A stretch of 40,685 nt of DNA from Gemmatimonadaceae bacterium. Its GTDB lineage: Bacteria > Gemmatimonadota > Gemmatimonadetes > Gemmatimonadales > Gemmatimonadaceae. The stretch covers positions 1-40,685 of the forward strand of contig DASWQD010000291.1 in assembly GCA_036398255.1 (NCBI GenBank), in the 5' to 3' direction. How positions within the stretch are numbered: position 1 is the stretch's first letter; every line of letters starts with the position of its first letter. Of the stretch, positions 8,670-19,487 are shown one piece after another. Position numbers and translations under genes: made by a program. Under the pieces are notes generated by a model. It had not been told where the DNA came from. It saw only the letters and a program-made list of their open reading frames with translations, and searched no databases.

Positions 8670-10214
8670 ATGCAAAGCGACTCAGGCATTACCCCCTCCG
8701 TCTGGATGGCCACCAGCGATTCTCCCGAGTTGCCGCGGCTTACAAAGGACATTCGCGCAGGTGTGTGCGTGATCGGAGCCGGGATCGCCGGAATGACCAC
8801 GGCCTATCTCCTGGCCCGTGCTGGACGGGCGGTTGTAGTGATCGATGATGGACCAGTCGGCGGAGGCGAGACCGGCCGAACGACGGCACACCTCACCAAT
8901 GCGCTCGACGATCGATTCTATCAGATCCAGAAGCTGCATGGACAGACAGGTGCGCAGATTGCCGCCGCAAGCCACACGGCCGCGATAGCGCGCATCGAGT
9001 CCATTGCGTCACAGGAGGACATTGACTGCGATTTCGAGCGCGTGGACGGCTATCTCTTTCTTGGCCCCGACACCGAGCGATTCGAGCTGGAGCGGGAGCT
9101 CAGAGCGGCGCATCGCGCCGGACTCGACGATGTCGAGCTCGTCGACCGCGCTCCGCCGGAGTTCTGGGATTCAGGACAGGCACTGCGCTTCCCGCGACAG
9201 GCACAGTTTCATCCGCTCAAATACCTGAACGGACTTACGAAGGCGATTCTGCGGGACGGCGGGCATATCTATTCGCACGCTCATGCCGCAGAGATCGTCG
9301 ATGGCGAGCCGTGTCGCGTGACGACGAGCGATGGACATGTCGTCACCGCCGACAATGTCGTCGTCGCAACGAATACCCCTGTCAACGACTGGGTCATTCT
9401 TCACACCAAACAGGCTGCATACCGCACGTATGTCATCGGCGCGCGAGTACCTCGCGGTTCGGTGCCCCGCGCACTCTACTGGGATACTGCCGACCCTTAT
9501 CACTACGTGCGACTTCAGGAAGTGGACTCGCGACTGGATTCTGCGCAGCTCGAGGACATCCTCATCGTTGGCGGCGAGGACCACAAGACCGGCCAGGAAG
9601 ACGACGCCGACCGACGCTTCAGGGCGCTCGAGGAATGGGCCCGCACCCGGTTTCCGATGGTGAAGTCGATCGACTTCCGGTGGTCGGGACAGGTGATGGA
9701 GCCGGTGGATTATATGGCGTTCATCGGAAAGAACCCGGGGACGGACCAGCACATCTACATCGCCACCGGAGATTCCGGAAACGGGATGACGCACGGCACG
9801 ATTGCCGGAATGCTCCTTACCGACCTCATACTCGGAAGGAAGAATCCGTGGGCCGATCTCTACGATCCTTCGCGCAAGAAGCTCCGTGCGACACCGGAGT
9901 TCATCAGGGAAAACCTCAACGTCGCGGCACAATACGCAGACTGGGCGACTGCGGGAGATGTGGATTCAACCGACCAGATCGAGCCGGGGAGTGGCGCCGT
10001 CATCAGGCGCGGCGCAAGAAAAGTCGCGGTCTACAAGGACGAGCAGGGCAACGTTCACCTCCGCTCGGCTATCTGCACTCATCTCTATTGTATTGTGGAC
10101 TGGAACTCGATGGAGAAAACCTGGGACTGTCCGTGTCATGGATCGAGGTTCGATCCCTACGGCAAGGTCGTGAACGGGCCGGCTATTGCTCCTCTGCCCG
10201 AGGTCGAGCCGTAA
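8670..10214 (+). CDS. FAD-dependent (DAO-family) oxidoreductase with C-terminal Rieske 2Fe-2S domain (YhfW-like)
   Basis: VIGAGIAG Rossmann motif, GETGRTTAH, WSGQVME, GDSGNGMTHG; Rieske CTHLYC...WDCPCHGSRF. Confidence 0.93.
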   Translation: MQSDSGITPSVWMATSDSPELPRLTKDIRAGVCVIGAGIAGMTTAYLLARAGRAVVVIDDGPVGGGETGRTTAHLTNALDDRFYQIQKLHGQTGAQIAAASHTAAIARIESIASQEDIDCDFERVDGYLFLGPDTERFELERELRAAHRAGLDDVELVDRAPPEFWDSGQALRFPRQAQFHPLKYLNGLTKAILRDGGHIYSHAHAAEIVDGEPCRVTTSDGHVVTADNVVVATNTPVNDWVILHTKQAAYRTYVIGARVPRGSVPRALYWDTADPYHYVRLQEVDSRLDSAQLEDILIVGGEDHKTGQEDDADRRFRALEEWARTRFPMVKSIDFRWSGQVMEPVDYMAFIGKNPGTDQHIYIATGDSGNGMTHGTIAGMLLTDLILGRKNPWADLYDPSRKKLRATPEFIRENLNVAAQYADWATAGDVDSTDQIEPGSGAVIRRGARKVAVYKDEQGNVHLRSAICTHLYCIVDWNSMEKTWDCPCHGSRFDPYGKVVNGPAIAPLPEVEP

Positions 10215-13200
10215 CGCCCATCGTCACGATCACCTCGTGAGGCTTTCCATCGCTCCCGAGTGGAATGGCGCCGTTCACCGGGCTTCCATCGAGAGTGACT
10301 GACTCAATTCCCTTCTGCACGCCCGAAGGATTGCGGACTACTATCGTATACAGGCTGTTCCCGTGTCTGTACTCGACCGAGAATTCCTTCCAGTCGGACG
10401 GAATGCACGGATTCATCTCCAGCGTTTCCGCGCGCTTCGTGAATCCCAGGATCGCCTCGAGCCCCACGCGATAGAGCCAGCTCGCAGAGCCCGTATACCA
10501 CGTCCATCCCCCGCGGCCTACGTGTCCTTCTGTTGTGTATACGTCGGCCGCAACGACGTACGGCTCGACTTTGTACCGCGCGACGTCCTCCGATGTCAGC
10601 GCATGCGTCACCGGATTGATCATGCTGTACAGATGCATCGCGCGATCGCCATCGCCCTGAAGTGCAGTCGCAAGCACCGCCCACAATGCAGCGTGCGTGT
10701 ATTGCGCACCATTTTCCCGCACGCCCGGCAGATACCCCTGGATGTAACCGGGATCATGTGAGCCGCGATTGAAGGGTGGAGTGAGAAGCATGATGAGTCG
10801 CCCGTCCTCATGAACCAGATGCTTGTTCAACGAGGTCATTGCAGCTTGTGCACGTCCCGCTTCTCCGGCGCGTGAGATCACGCTCCAGCTCTGCGCTATC
10901 GAATCGATCTTGCACTCGTCGCTTTCAGTCGAGCCGAGTGGCGCGCCGTCGTCATAGTATGCGCGGCGGTACCAGCTGCCGTCCCACGCCGATGCCTCGA
11001 CTGCCTTGTTGTACCGGTCGGCATTCGACCTCAGCTCCGTGGCCATCTCGCTGTCACCACGGCGCTCCGCATGCTCGGCAAACTTTCGAAGGGCAGTAAT
11101 GAGGAACCACGCGAGCCACACGCTTTCACCCTTGCCGTGAACTCCCACGCGATTCATGCCGTCGTTCCAGTCTCCCGATCCGATGAGCGGAAGGTCGTGC
11201 TCGCCGAACGTGCATGCACGCCGCAGTGCTCGGACACAGTGATCGTACACAGGTTCGACCTTCTCCGAGATCGCAGGCAGGTCGTACACTTCGTGCTCGT
11301 CGGCGGCGAGCGGGCGCATCGTGAGGTACGGCGCCGGTTCGTCGAGAACTCCGGCGTCACCCGTGAGATCGATGTAGTGGTTTACCACAAAAGGAAGCCA
11401 CGCCAGGTCGTCAGAGAATCGCGTGCGCACGCCGCGTCCGCTCTGCGGGTGCCACCAGTGCTGGACATCCCCTTCCTCGAACTGACGGGCGGCACATCTC
11501 ACGATATGCTCTCGCGCCAGCTGCGGCTCTGTGTAGGTGAAAGCCATCACATCCTGCAGCTGGTCCCGGAATCCGAACGCACCGCTGGACTGATAAAGTG
11601 CCGACCGGGCCCACATGCGGGATGAGAGTGCCTGGTACAGCGACCACTGGTTCAGAATTACGTCGAATGCCGGATCAGGGGTTTTTACTTGTATCGTTCC
11701 GAGCCGGTTTCGCCACACCTGCGCAGCATGATCGAGCGCGTTGGCGGCGGCCGAGGGATTTGCATATTTCCGGAAAAGCTCCTTAGCGGCTTCGGCATCC
11801 TCGATCGCTCCGAGCAGCAGCACAATCTCGCGTGTTTCGCCTGGTGAAAGCGTGATCTGAGTCTGAAGCGCCGCACACGGGTCGATTGTGTCGCCCGTTT
11901 CGTCACTGAGCTCCTGGCGTTTCATTGCAGCCGGAGCAGATGCTGTTCCGTTCCGGCCAAGGAATTCGCGTCGTGCCGCGGTATACGAGGACGCTTTTTC
12001 GCTCATTGCGGAAAACGCCACACGCGAAGAAAAAATTGGATCGTAGAAGTTGCGTGCGAGCATCACGTGGCTGTCTTCCACCATCTCAGTCCGCACATAC
12101 TCTTTCGTCTTCTCGCGGTCCACTCCGAGGACCCACTCGACATAGCTCGTGACAGTGAGTCGTCGCGAAGCGCCGGAGTTGTTCGTGATTCTGAGAATTT
12201 GAACTCTGACAGGATCCGTTTCGGGCATTCCCATGCGCAGTGACGTCGCAACGCCGTTGTGCGAATGCTCGAATACAGAGTAGCCGGCGCCGTGCTTCAC
12301 CGTGTAGGGCGTGCGCTCCCGAATCGGCTCGGGCGTTGCGGTCCACAATTCGCCGGAGTCGTCGTCGCGGAGGTAGATGCAGTCGCCGGGGGTGTCGCGC
12401 ACCGGATCGTTCTGCCATGGCGTCAGCCTGAAGAAGTAGCTGTTCTCGGCCCACGTGACTCCGGCTCCGCTTTCACTGACAATGAACCCCGCGGCTGGAT
12501 TTCCGACGACGTTGATCCACGGCGCCGGCGGGAGAGTGCTGTCGCTGAGCCTGATCTCGTATTCATGATTGCCGTTGAACCCGCCAAGACCGTTGAACAT
12601 CGTGAGATCGTCTCCTGCCTGAGGAGATGATTCCGAAATGTCAGCAGATCCTTTCGCGGGAATCTTCGACACGCCCACACCGTCGTCTCGCGCATTGTCG
12701 TCAGCTTCAATCGCCGACAGCATCGGTATCGGAGCGAGCGCTGCATAGCTGTCTTCGACGTTCGGAAATTCGAGGAAGTTCCCCAGCCCGAGTCCGTCGC
12801 AGTCCACCTGGATCCGAGCCAGCGCGTGGAGGAGCGTGATGTCTTCGGGCTTCAGGACATCCGCGCGGCGGATGAACACTCCGCCTGGACGATCGAGCAG
12901 CCCTGATTCGCTCGAGGCCATGATTGTCGTGAGCAGCTCGTCGTTCAGCTCCTGGAGGTATGTCGGCGGATGTTCGTTGAGAATCACTAGATCCGAGACG
13001 AGGCCTTTCATTCTCCAGTAGTGGTGCACCTTGAGCAGCTGCCGCACGCTTGGGAGCCCGTCGGCGGTCGCCAGCGTGGCGAGAAGAATCGGCCAGTCAC
13101 CGGAGATTCCAAGTCCCCACAGTGCCTGCTGCCCGAGTTTGTTCTCCTCTCCCTTCGCGGCGAGGCCCTTGAATCCGGGATGAGCGTAAAGAAGATGTCC

Positions 13201-16200
13201 GGCAAGCTCCTGGTAGAGCGCGGCGTCAGCCGGTGCAATACCGAGCTCGCGCAGCTCCGCCTGTGCATGCGCCCATGAGAGATCCAGCGCGCGTCGCGCA
13301 CTGTAGGGATCATGATAGAGGTCGGCCATCTGCACGGCCTGTTCGCGATCCTCGGCATAGAATGTCGTGAACGTGACCTTCGCCGATCTCCCTGCGGGAA
13401 TCGTCACCCGTGTCCGAAGAGACAGGATCGGATCGAGCACCGCCCCTACGGAGCCCGAGAGATCTCCGGGATTTTCCATCGCGATGGGATCACGCGCGGA
13501 CCTTCCCCGCCCGATGAATCGCGCACGGTCTGTCTCGCACGTGATATTTCCCGACGCATCGGCAGTGGCCATCACGTGGCCGCACCAGACGGGCTTGTCT
13601 TTCGCCGAGCGCGGGCGTCGCATTGCCAGCAGCGCGGCGCTTTCCGGCAGCCACTCGGTCTGCACGAAAAGATTTCCAAACGCCGGATGTGCGCGATCGG
13701 AGTCAGCGGAGGCAAGCACTACTTCCAGGTAGCTCGTAAGCTCGATCTCGCGCGTTGTCGAGGAAGTGTTGATCAGCGTGATGCGCCGCACTTCGGCCGC
13801 TTCCCCGGGGGCAACTGCGATCTCCATCGTCGTCTCGATCTCGCCGTCACGCCGATGAAACGTCGCTCGGTCGCTTGCGAACAGAACGCGATACCACTCC
13901 GCTTCGGCGCACACCGGCTGATGGCCTGCCGACCATACGCGTCCGACGGTGACGTCGCGTACGTAGCACCATTGGCCATAGTCATCGCGGGTCCCGTCGT
14001 TGCGCCAGCGATTGATAGCAGTGTCACCGTACCTGCTTCCTCCGCTGCCGGCATTGCTCACTATCGTGGTGTACGGAAGGTTGCCCAGCAGGCTTACACG
14101 CGGTTGCGGTGTGTTTGCCGTGTCGATTTCCCGAACCGCCGGCTTGTCCATCTCGGTGGGCACCCGCATCGGCTCATCGCCATGCTCGACGTCCTGAAGG
14201 ACCAGTCGCCGCGGAATCCTCTCCTGAAGGATCAGCTCGGCTGACCTGACGAGCGCATCGGTGTGAAAGCGACGCTGCCATATATTGCCGTTCAACGCGT
14301 TATCGAACGCGACGATGCTCATTCCGATGTGATGCGCCATGTAGGCGTTGATCACGGCACGCTTGCTTCCCGGAACCGGACGAGTGTAGTCGATGGCGTC
14401 GCGAAACCCGTACGGCCCGAGTGCACCTTCCGCCTCGAGAAGGGCAAGATTGCGAACCGACTGATGCGGCTCGACCATCATCGCCAGCGCCGTTGCATAC
14501 GGCGCAATGACGAGGTCGCGGCTGAGGCCACGCTTGAGGCCGAGATCGGGAACGCCGAATCCGCGATACTGATAGGTGTGTACCCGATCTCTGACGTTGT
14601 ACGCAGATTCCGAGATTCCCCAGGGAACGTTGCGCTCGGCTCCATAGGAAATGTGCCGTCGTACTGCGCCCTGATGCGTCTGGCTGAGAAGCGTCGATGG
14701 AAAGGTTCGAAGCACCAGGGCAGGCATGAGATACTCGAACATGCTGCCGCTCCACGAGATCAGCGTTCGCGTTCCGCCGGCGACGGTGAGTGAGCGTCCG
14801 AGCCTGAACCAGTGATCGACCGGTACATCGTTCTTCGCGATCGCGATGAATGATGACAGCCTCGCCTCCGAGGCGAGCAGATCGTAGTACGAGTTGTCGA
14901 AGTTGTTCGCCGCCGGATGATAGCCGATCGAAAAGAGCTTTCGTCTGTCGTCGAAGAGAAACTTGAAGTCCATCTCCAGCGCATATTCCCGCGCACGCTC
15001 GGCAATTGCTTTCAGACGGTGCCTGTCTGCGTCGGTCGGATTCAGCTGGCCGATCGCTTCGAGACAGGCCTGCTTCACCGCGATCAGGTGACCGGCGAGA
15101 TTGCCGCTGTCCACTGTAGAGATGTATGACGGCTCGAGCACATGCAGATCGCGCAGGTCATACCAGTTGTAGAAGTGGCCGCGATACCTGCGCATTCGCT
15201 CGAGTGAGCGGAATACTTTCTCCAGCCTGTCGATCATCGAATCCAGATTGATGAATCCGAGATCCCGCGCCGATATGATCGACATCAGCTGAAGGCCGAT
15301 GTTGGTCGGAGATGTGCGCGGAGCGATTATCGGGTCGGGATCTTCCTGGAAGTTGTCGGGCGCGAGCCACTGTGTGTGCTCGCTGACGAACTGCTCGAAG
15401 AACTGCCAGTGGAGACGGGCATATCGGAGCGCAGCCTGCCTCTCCACTTCCGTCAGCTTGAGCTCCGTCGGCGTGGCCGGGTCACTCAGGCGATGCGCAA
15501 TGCCGGGCGAGACCAGCCACAGCGCGAGCAGGGGCACTGTCGAGGCGAAGAGGACGAGCTCGCTCGTCCGATCCATTCCCTGTGCAATCAGCGTCACGAA
15601 GATGAGGACGGTCAGCGTCACCGCTGCGACCGGCCACATTCTTCTCCACACTTCGCGCTGCGAGCCGACAGCCATCGAGCGCTCCACCTGCGATGCCGTC
15701 TGCCATTCGAGAAGATTCCGTCTCGTGAACCAGAGGCGGATCAGCGTTCGAGCTATGGCATCGGCGCTTACGGCCGCCTGGTGTGGGAGAAATGCGACAG
15801 CAAGTGCCCATTGCTGCGCATTCACTCCTACATCGCGGAATACTGCTGCGTAGTACGCGAGCCACGACTGGTCTCTTGGAGGTCGCAGCATGGACAGAAA
15901 GAGCGAGAAGACCCACGGCGCTGCGACAGCCGCAAGCACCACTGCAGTCCATAATGCCGGCGAGCCCGGAAGCCAGAACCATCCAATGATGAGCAGGAGC
16001 AGCTGCGATATCTCGACAAGGCTGCGCCGCAGGTTGTCGAAAATCTTCCAGCGCGATACAGCAGACAGCCTGTTGCGTGTAATTCCTTCCGGCCCGGGCA
16101 CGTTCTTGCCCAGCCACCTGAGCAGCTGCCAGTCTCCGCGAATCCACCGGTGCTTCCGGCGCGTGTATGTGAGATAACGCGCAGGATAGTCGTCGTAGAC

Positions 16201-18504
16201 TTCGATGTCGGTGAGAAGGCCGGCTCGTGAATACGCTCCCTCGATGAGATCGTGACTGAGGAGTGTGTTTTCCGGAAACCGGCCGTGTGTCGCCTGCTCG
16301 AACGCATCGACATCGTATATGCCCTTGCCCGTGAAGCTTCCTTCTCCGAAAAGATCCTGATAAACGTCGGAGACCGCGGTCGTATACGGATCCACGCCCG
16401 GGTGTCCCGAATGAACCGCCGCAAAGCGTGACTTGTGAGCGCTCGTGAGGGACACCCCGACTCGCGGCTGAAAAATTCCGTAGCCTCGTACAATACGTTC
16501 CAGCTGTGGATCGTATTCCGCCTTGTTCAGCGGATGAGCCATTGCGCCGGTCAGCATCTGCGCCGCATCGCGCGGAAGCACGGTATCGGAATCGAGAGTG
16601 ATTACATAGCGTGCTTCAAGCAGTCGGCTTACATCCCCGACGACGGTGGAGAATGCATCGCTCGCCTGACCCCGGATGAATCGGTTGAACTGTCCGAGCT
16701 TCCCGCGCTTTCGCTCCCATCCCATCCAGACGCCCTGCTTTTCGTTCCAGTAGCGCTTGCGATGAAAGAGGTTGAACGCGTCACCATTCGGCCCGCTGTA
16801 TTTGCGGTTGAGCTCGTCTATCCCGCTGATTGCCGCCTGAAGAATCTCATCGTCACCGGGCTTGGTCTCTGCATCGGCGTCGGTGAAGTCGCTCAGGATT
16901 GCGAACGAAAGATTCGAATCCCTGTTGGCGAGGTACTGCACTTCGATGTGCTCGAGTGCTTCGCGTACCGCTCTCACACTTCCGAACAGCGTCGGCACTA
17001 CGACCGCGGTGCGGAACTCATCGGGTATTCCACCTTCGCGGAATTCCATCTTCGGCAGAAGGTGCGGCGGCATCAGCAGGGTCACGAGCTGGTTCACCAC
17101 ACTGATCGCGATCTCGTTCATCGGGATCAGCGCGAACAGGAGCACTGCTCCCTCTTCCAGCAGGTTCTGGATCGGGACAAGTGACAGAAGGCCGGCAAGC
17201 AGCAGTATCGTCACAGCGGTGATCGCACCGAAGTACAGGCCGGTAGGATGCCGCTGCGTCCACCTGTACACGCGCTCTCTGAACGGAGGCGTGTAATCCG
17301 TAGCCGCTTCGAGCTCGAGCCTTCCTTCGTCGATCAGGTAATAACCGATGTGAGAGCGGCGCTCGTCGCCTTTGCCGTGAGCCTGAACGCAAAGTCCGAG
17401 GGCGATGTTGGCGATTTCCTCTTCCGGTTTTTTCGTCTGCTTGGCGATGTGCTCGACGACATGCCGGTAGTGATCGCGCGTTCCGAACGCCATCCCGGCG
17501 TAATGTCCCGAAAGATCCTTGCGCAGAATCTTTTCCGTCGCGCTTTGCGACTCGACGAATTCCTTCCAGTCGAGCCGCGCGATCGCCCTGAGGCTTGTAA
17601 TACAGTTGGAGACGGTGATCTGCGTCAGCGCGATCATTCTGTTCGATCGCGTCACCGCCACTTCAGCACTTGGTCCGTCTTCCGCGATCCACTGCTCGAG
17701 CCACACGAGCGGCGTGAAGTTCACCTGGTATCCACGGATCTGGTGAAGGAATCGCGCGACAAAGGTGGGCGTGAACGGCGGGTGATCGTCGATAAACCGG
17801 TCCAGCGCGGCAGCGAGAGCTTCCGGTGACTCGTTGTTGGCAGCCATGATCTGCGCCGCCAGACGGTCCGCTTCCTCGACCTCATCGAGTCGTGCCTTCA
17901 CCCGCAGGGACATTCGCCGGATGTTCTCGACGAGTCCCAGCCTCAGCATCGTCGGAATCGCCCACAGCTCGCCCATCGACAGCGACGCGACTTTCTGATA
18001 CTCGCGCACGAACAGCGTGATGTTCTCGAGCGAGAGGTGTCCTTCGGTGTGAGCTATCAGCTCGATCGCGACGTCGTAGACGCGTGGATATTCGGCGAGT
18101 GTTCCGTTCGCGAGCTTCGGAAGCTCCTGATAGTAGCCGCCCGGAAGGTTCGTCCTGATTTCGCGAATGTGTTCCTGGACGATGTATGAATTGTCCAGCA
18201 GCCACTCACCTGCAGGGCTGATGTCTACACCACGCTCGGCCGCGTCGGTGAGTCGGTCGTGTGCTTCCTTTAGAACTCCGCGTGTGTCGTCGAGGCGGCC
18301 GAGTAGCGGGCCGTGACCGCGCTGCTTTTTTGGCGGGAGAAGCTTGTGCTTGCGGGCGATGTTGCGGGCATGACGCGCGAGGCGATCGGCGCCGAACACC
18401 TCCCCCCTGATTGGTCCGACGAGCTTTCGCTCTCCGTCATCCTTGAGACGAAAGAAACGGAGAAGCCTGTTCTGCGACTTTTCGGAAGGGATTACTGTTG
18501 CCAC
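10183..18504 (-). CDS. ndvB: Cyclic beta-1,2-glucan synthase (NdvB/Cgs/ChvB type; GT84 + cyclisation domain + GH94 phosphorylase)
   Basis: 2773 aa. EWLLDN, GWERKRGKL, ITLDSDT, GSFTGKGIYD, LSHDLIEG, RWIRGDWQL, TM segments, RTSPTNIG, STVDSGNL, YDLLASEARL, SWSGSMFEYLMP, YQSSGAFGFRDQLQD, GDWNDGMN, GVRENGAQYTH, GRGGWTWYTGSA. Confidence 0.93.
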   Translation of the reverse strand: MATVIPSEKSQNRLLRFFRLKDDGERKLVGPIRGEVFGADRLARHARNIARKHKLLPPKKQRGHGPLLGRLDDTRGVLKEAHDRLTDAAERGVDISPAGEWLLDNSYIVQEHIREIRTNLPGGYYQELPKLANGTLAEYPRVYDVAIELIAHTEGHLSLENITLFVREYQKVASLSMGELWAIPTMLRLGLVENIRRMSLRVKARLDEVEEADRLAAQIMAANNESPEALAAALDRFIDDHPPFTPTFVARFLHQIRGYQVNFTPLVWLEQWIAEDGPSAEVAVTRSNRMIALTQITVSNCITSLRAIARLDWKEFVESQSATEKILRKDLSGHYAGMAFGTRDHYRHVVEHIAKQTKKPEEEIANIALGLCVQAHGKGDERRSHIGYYLIDEGRLELEAATDYTPPFRERVYRWTQRHPTGLYFGAITAVTILLLAGLLSLVPIQNLLEEGAVLLFALIPMNEIAISVVNQLVTLLMPPHLLPKMEFREGGIPDEFRTAVVVPTLFGSVRAVREALEHIEVQYLANRDSNLSFAILSDFTDADAETKPGDDEILQAAISGIDELNRKYSGPNGDAFNLFHRKRYWNEKQGVWMGWERKRGKLGQFNRFIRGQASDAFSTVVGDVSRLLEARYVITLDSDTVLPRDAAQMLTGAMAHPLNKAEYDPQLERIVRGYGIFQPRVGVSLTSAHKSRFAAVHSGHPGVDPYTTAVSDVYQDLFGEGSFTGKGIYDVDAFEQATHGRFPENTLLSHDLIEGAYSRAGLLTDIEVYDDYPARYLTYTRRKHRWIRGDWQLLRWLGKNVPGPEGITRNRLSAVSRWKIFDNLRRSLVEISQLLLLIIGWFWLPGSPALWTAVVLAAVAAPWVFSLFLSMLRPPRDQSWLAYYAAVFRDVGVNAQQWALAVAFLPHQAAVSADAIARTLIRLWFTRRNLLEWQTASQVERSMAVGSQREVWRRMWPVAAVTLTVLIFVTLIAQGMDRTSELVLFASTVPLLALWLVSPGIAHRLSDPATPTELKLTEVERQAALRYARLHWQFFEQFVSEHTQWLAPDNFQEDPDPIIAPRTSPTNIGLQLMSIISARDLGFINLDSMIDRLEKVFRSLERMRRYRGHFYNWYDLRDLHVLEPSYISTVDSGNLAGHLIAVKQACLEAIGQLNPTDADRHRLKAIAERAREYALEMDFKFLFDDRRKLFSIGYHPAANNFDNSYYDLLASEARLSSFIAIAKNDVPVDHWFRLGRSLTVAGGTRTLISWSGSMFEYLMPALVLRTFPSTLLSQTHQGAVRRHISYGAERNVPWGISESAYNVRDRVHTYQYRGFGVPDLGLKRGLSRDLVIAPYATALAMMVEPHQSVRNLALLEAEGALGPYGFRDAIDYTRPVPGSKRAVINAYMAHHIGMSIVAFDNALNGNIWQRRFHTDALVRSAELILQERIPRRLVLQDVEHGDEPMRVPTEMDKPAVREIDTANTPQPRVSLLGNLPYTTIVSNAGSGGSRYGDTAINRWRNDGTRDDYGQWCYVRDVTVGRVWSAGHQPVCAEAEWYRVLFASDRATFHRRDGEIETTMEIAVAPGEAAEVRRITLINTSSTTREIELTSYLEVVLASADSDRAHPAFGNLFVQTEWLPESAALLAMRRPRSAKDKPVWCGHVMATADASGNITCETDRARFIGRGRSARDPIAMENPGDLSGSVGAVLDPILSLRTRVTIPAGRSAKVTFTTFYAEDREQAVQMADLYHDPYSARRALDLSWAHAQAELRELGIAPADAALYQELAGHLLYAHPGFKGLAAKGEENKLGQQALWGLGISGDWPILLATLATADGLPSVRQLLKVHHYWRMKGLVSDLVILNEHPPTYLQELNDELLTTIMASSESGLLDRPGGVFIRRADVLKPEDITLLHALARIQVDCDGLGLGNFLEFPNVEDSYAALAPIPMLSAIEADDNARDDGVGVSKIPAKGSADISESSPQAGDDLTMFNGLGGFNGNHEYEIRLSDSTLPPAPWINVVGNPAAGFIVSESGAGVTWAENSYFFRLTPWQNDPVRDTPGDCIYLRDDDSGELWTATPEPIRERTPYTVKHGAGYSVFEHSHNGVATSLRMGMPETDPVRVQILRITNNSGASRRLTVTSYVEWVLGVDREKTKEYVRTEMVEDSHVMLARNFYDPIFSSRVAFSAMSEKASSYTAARREFLGRNGTASAPAAMKRQELSDETGDTIDPCAALQTQITLSPGETREIVLLLGAIEDAEAAKELFRKYANPSAAANALDHAAQVWRNRLGTIQVKTPDPAFDVILNQWSLYQALSSRMWARSALYQSSGAFGFRDQLQDVMAFTYTEPQLAREHIVRCAARQFEEGDVQHWWHPQSGRGVRTRFSDDLAWLPFVVNHYIDLTGDAGVLDEPAPYLTMRPLAADEHEVYDLPAISEKVEPVYDHCVRALRRACTFGEHDLPLIGSGDWNDGMNRVGVHGKGESVWLAWFLITALRKFAEHAERRGDSEMATELRSNADRYNKAVEASAWDGSWYRRAYYDDGAPLGSTESDECKIDSIAQSWSVISRAGEAGRAQAAMTSLNKHLVHEDGRLIMLLTPPFNRGSHDPGYIQGYLPGVRENGAQYTHAALWAVLATALQGDGDRAMHLYSMINPVTHALTSEDVARYKVEPYVVAADVYTTEGHVGRGGWTWYTGSASWLYRVGLEAILGFTKRAETLEMNPCIPSDWKEFSVEYRHGNSLYTIVVRNPSGVQKGIESVTLDGSPVNGAIPLGSDGKPHEVIVTMGVTARPRAEEQ

Positions 18505-18526
18505 TGATCAGACCGGAAACCGAGCA

Positions 18527-18556
18527 GAACACCTCGACCAGGCGGACGAGGTGTTC
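18527..18556 (-). other. Intergenic stem-loop between the ompA-like gene and ndvB
   Basis: GAACACCTCG-N10-CGAGGTGTTC perfect 10-bp stem with no clear U-tract. Confidence 0.55.
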
Positions 18557-18574
18557 CACATGCGGCGGAGAAAT

Positions 18575-19264
18575 CTACTGTCCGCTGGAGCTCTTCTTGA
18601 CTTGCTCCCGGTATTCCGGACTGGCGTAGATCGCAACCTCCACTCGTCGGTTCAGCTGCTTGCCGGCTTCTGTATCGTTTGTGGCAACCGGCTCTGACTC
18701 ACCACGTCCTGACGTCGAGATGCGGCTTGCCGGAACTCCCTGCGACTGCAGGTAGGCAGAAGCTGCGTTCGCTCTGCGCTGGGAGAGACCCATGTTGTAC
18801 GCGTCGTCGCCCTGGCTGTCAGTGTGTCCGACGATCAGCAGGTTCGAGTTTCCGAACTTCTTCAGGCTGCGTGCAAGCTCCTGAAAATTCGCTGCAGCGT
18901 CCGGGCGAATCCTGTCGGAATCGAAGTCGAACAGCAGTCCCGACTCGAACGTCACCTGGATTCCTTCGCCCACGCGCTCGACTTTCGCGCCGGGAATTGA
19001 CTGATCGAGCTCCTTCGCCTGCTGGTCCATCTGGTGTCCGATGATCGCGCCTGCAGCGCCGCCGACCACCGCACCGATGATCGCGCCACGCGCAGTCGAT
19101 CCGGTCTGGTTGCCGATCACGCCGCCGATCGCGGCGCCGGCCCCTGCGCCGATCACGGCCCCTCGCTCTTTCTGGCTCATGCTCGCGCATGCCGCTGATC
19201 CGAGTGTTGCGGCAGCGAGCAGCACGGCTACAGCTCTTCGTCTATTGGTATTTGTCATAGTCAT
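18575..19264 (-). CDS. OmpA-family lipoprotein with glycine zipper (YiaD-like)
   Basis: Lipobox SAAC, GAVIGAGAGAAIGG zipper, LLFDFDS, VGHTD, LSQRRA, GRGESEP, NRRVEV. Confidence 0.94.
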   Translation of the reverse strand: MTMTNTNRRRAVAVLLAAATLGSAACASMSQKERGAVIGAGAGAAIGGVIGNQTGSTARGAIIGAVVGGAAGAIIGHQMDQQAKELDQSIPGAKVERVGEGIQVTFESGLLFDFDSDRIRPDAAANFQELARSLKKFGNSNLLIVGHTDSQGDDAYNMGLSQRRANAASAYLQSQGVPASRISTSGRGESEPVATNDTEAGKQLNRRVEVAIYASPEYREQVKKSSSGQ

Positions 19265-19449
19265 CCTTCGGCCTTCTTGTCCTGTTCCGTAATGAATTCC
19301 TCTTCCGACATGGGGTCGGCCTTCTTCTCCTGTTCCGAGCTTGTCAGCTCGTGCTTCTCCTCCTGATATATCCCCTCGTCCTCGGGCCGGAACTTCTTGT
19401 CCGTTCCAACCGTGTCGCGGACCTGGTGGAAATGTGTTGATTTAGGCAT
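19261..19449 (-). CDS. Small acidic hydrophilic protein (62 aa)
   Basis: GGAGG SD upstream of ATG 19449 (MPKSTHFHQVRDT...); its stop overlaps the ompA-like start (ATGA). Confidence 0.7.
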   Translation of the reverse strand: MPKSTHFHQVRDTVGTDKKFRPEDEGIYQEEKHELTSSEQEKKADPMSEEEFITEQDKKAEG

Positions 19450-19487
19450 TAAGGCCTCCATTTGAGTGTGCAGCCCTTGATGCAATT

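Noticed and set aside
10074-10150. Rieske motif variant CTHLYC (usually CTHLGC)
   Set aside because: All Fe-S ligands (Cys, His, Cys, His) are retained, so the change is probably neutral
13312-17829. Long + strand ORFs antisense to ndvB, and similar ones opposite tkt, mutS and pfkA
   Set aside because: Typical high-GC shadow ORFs with no motifs or SD
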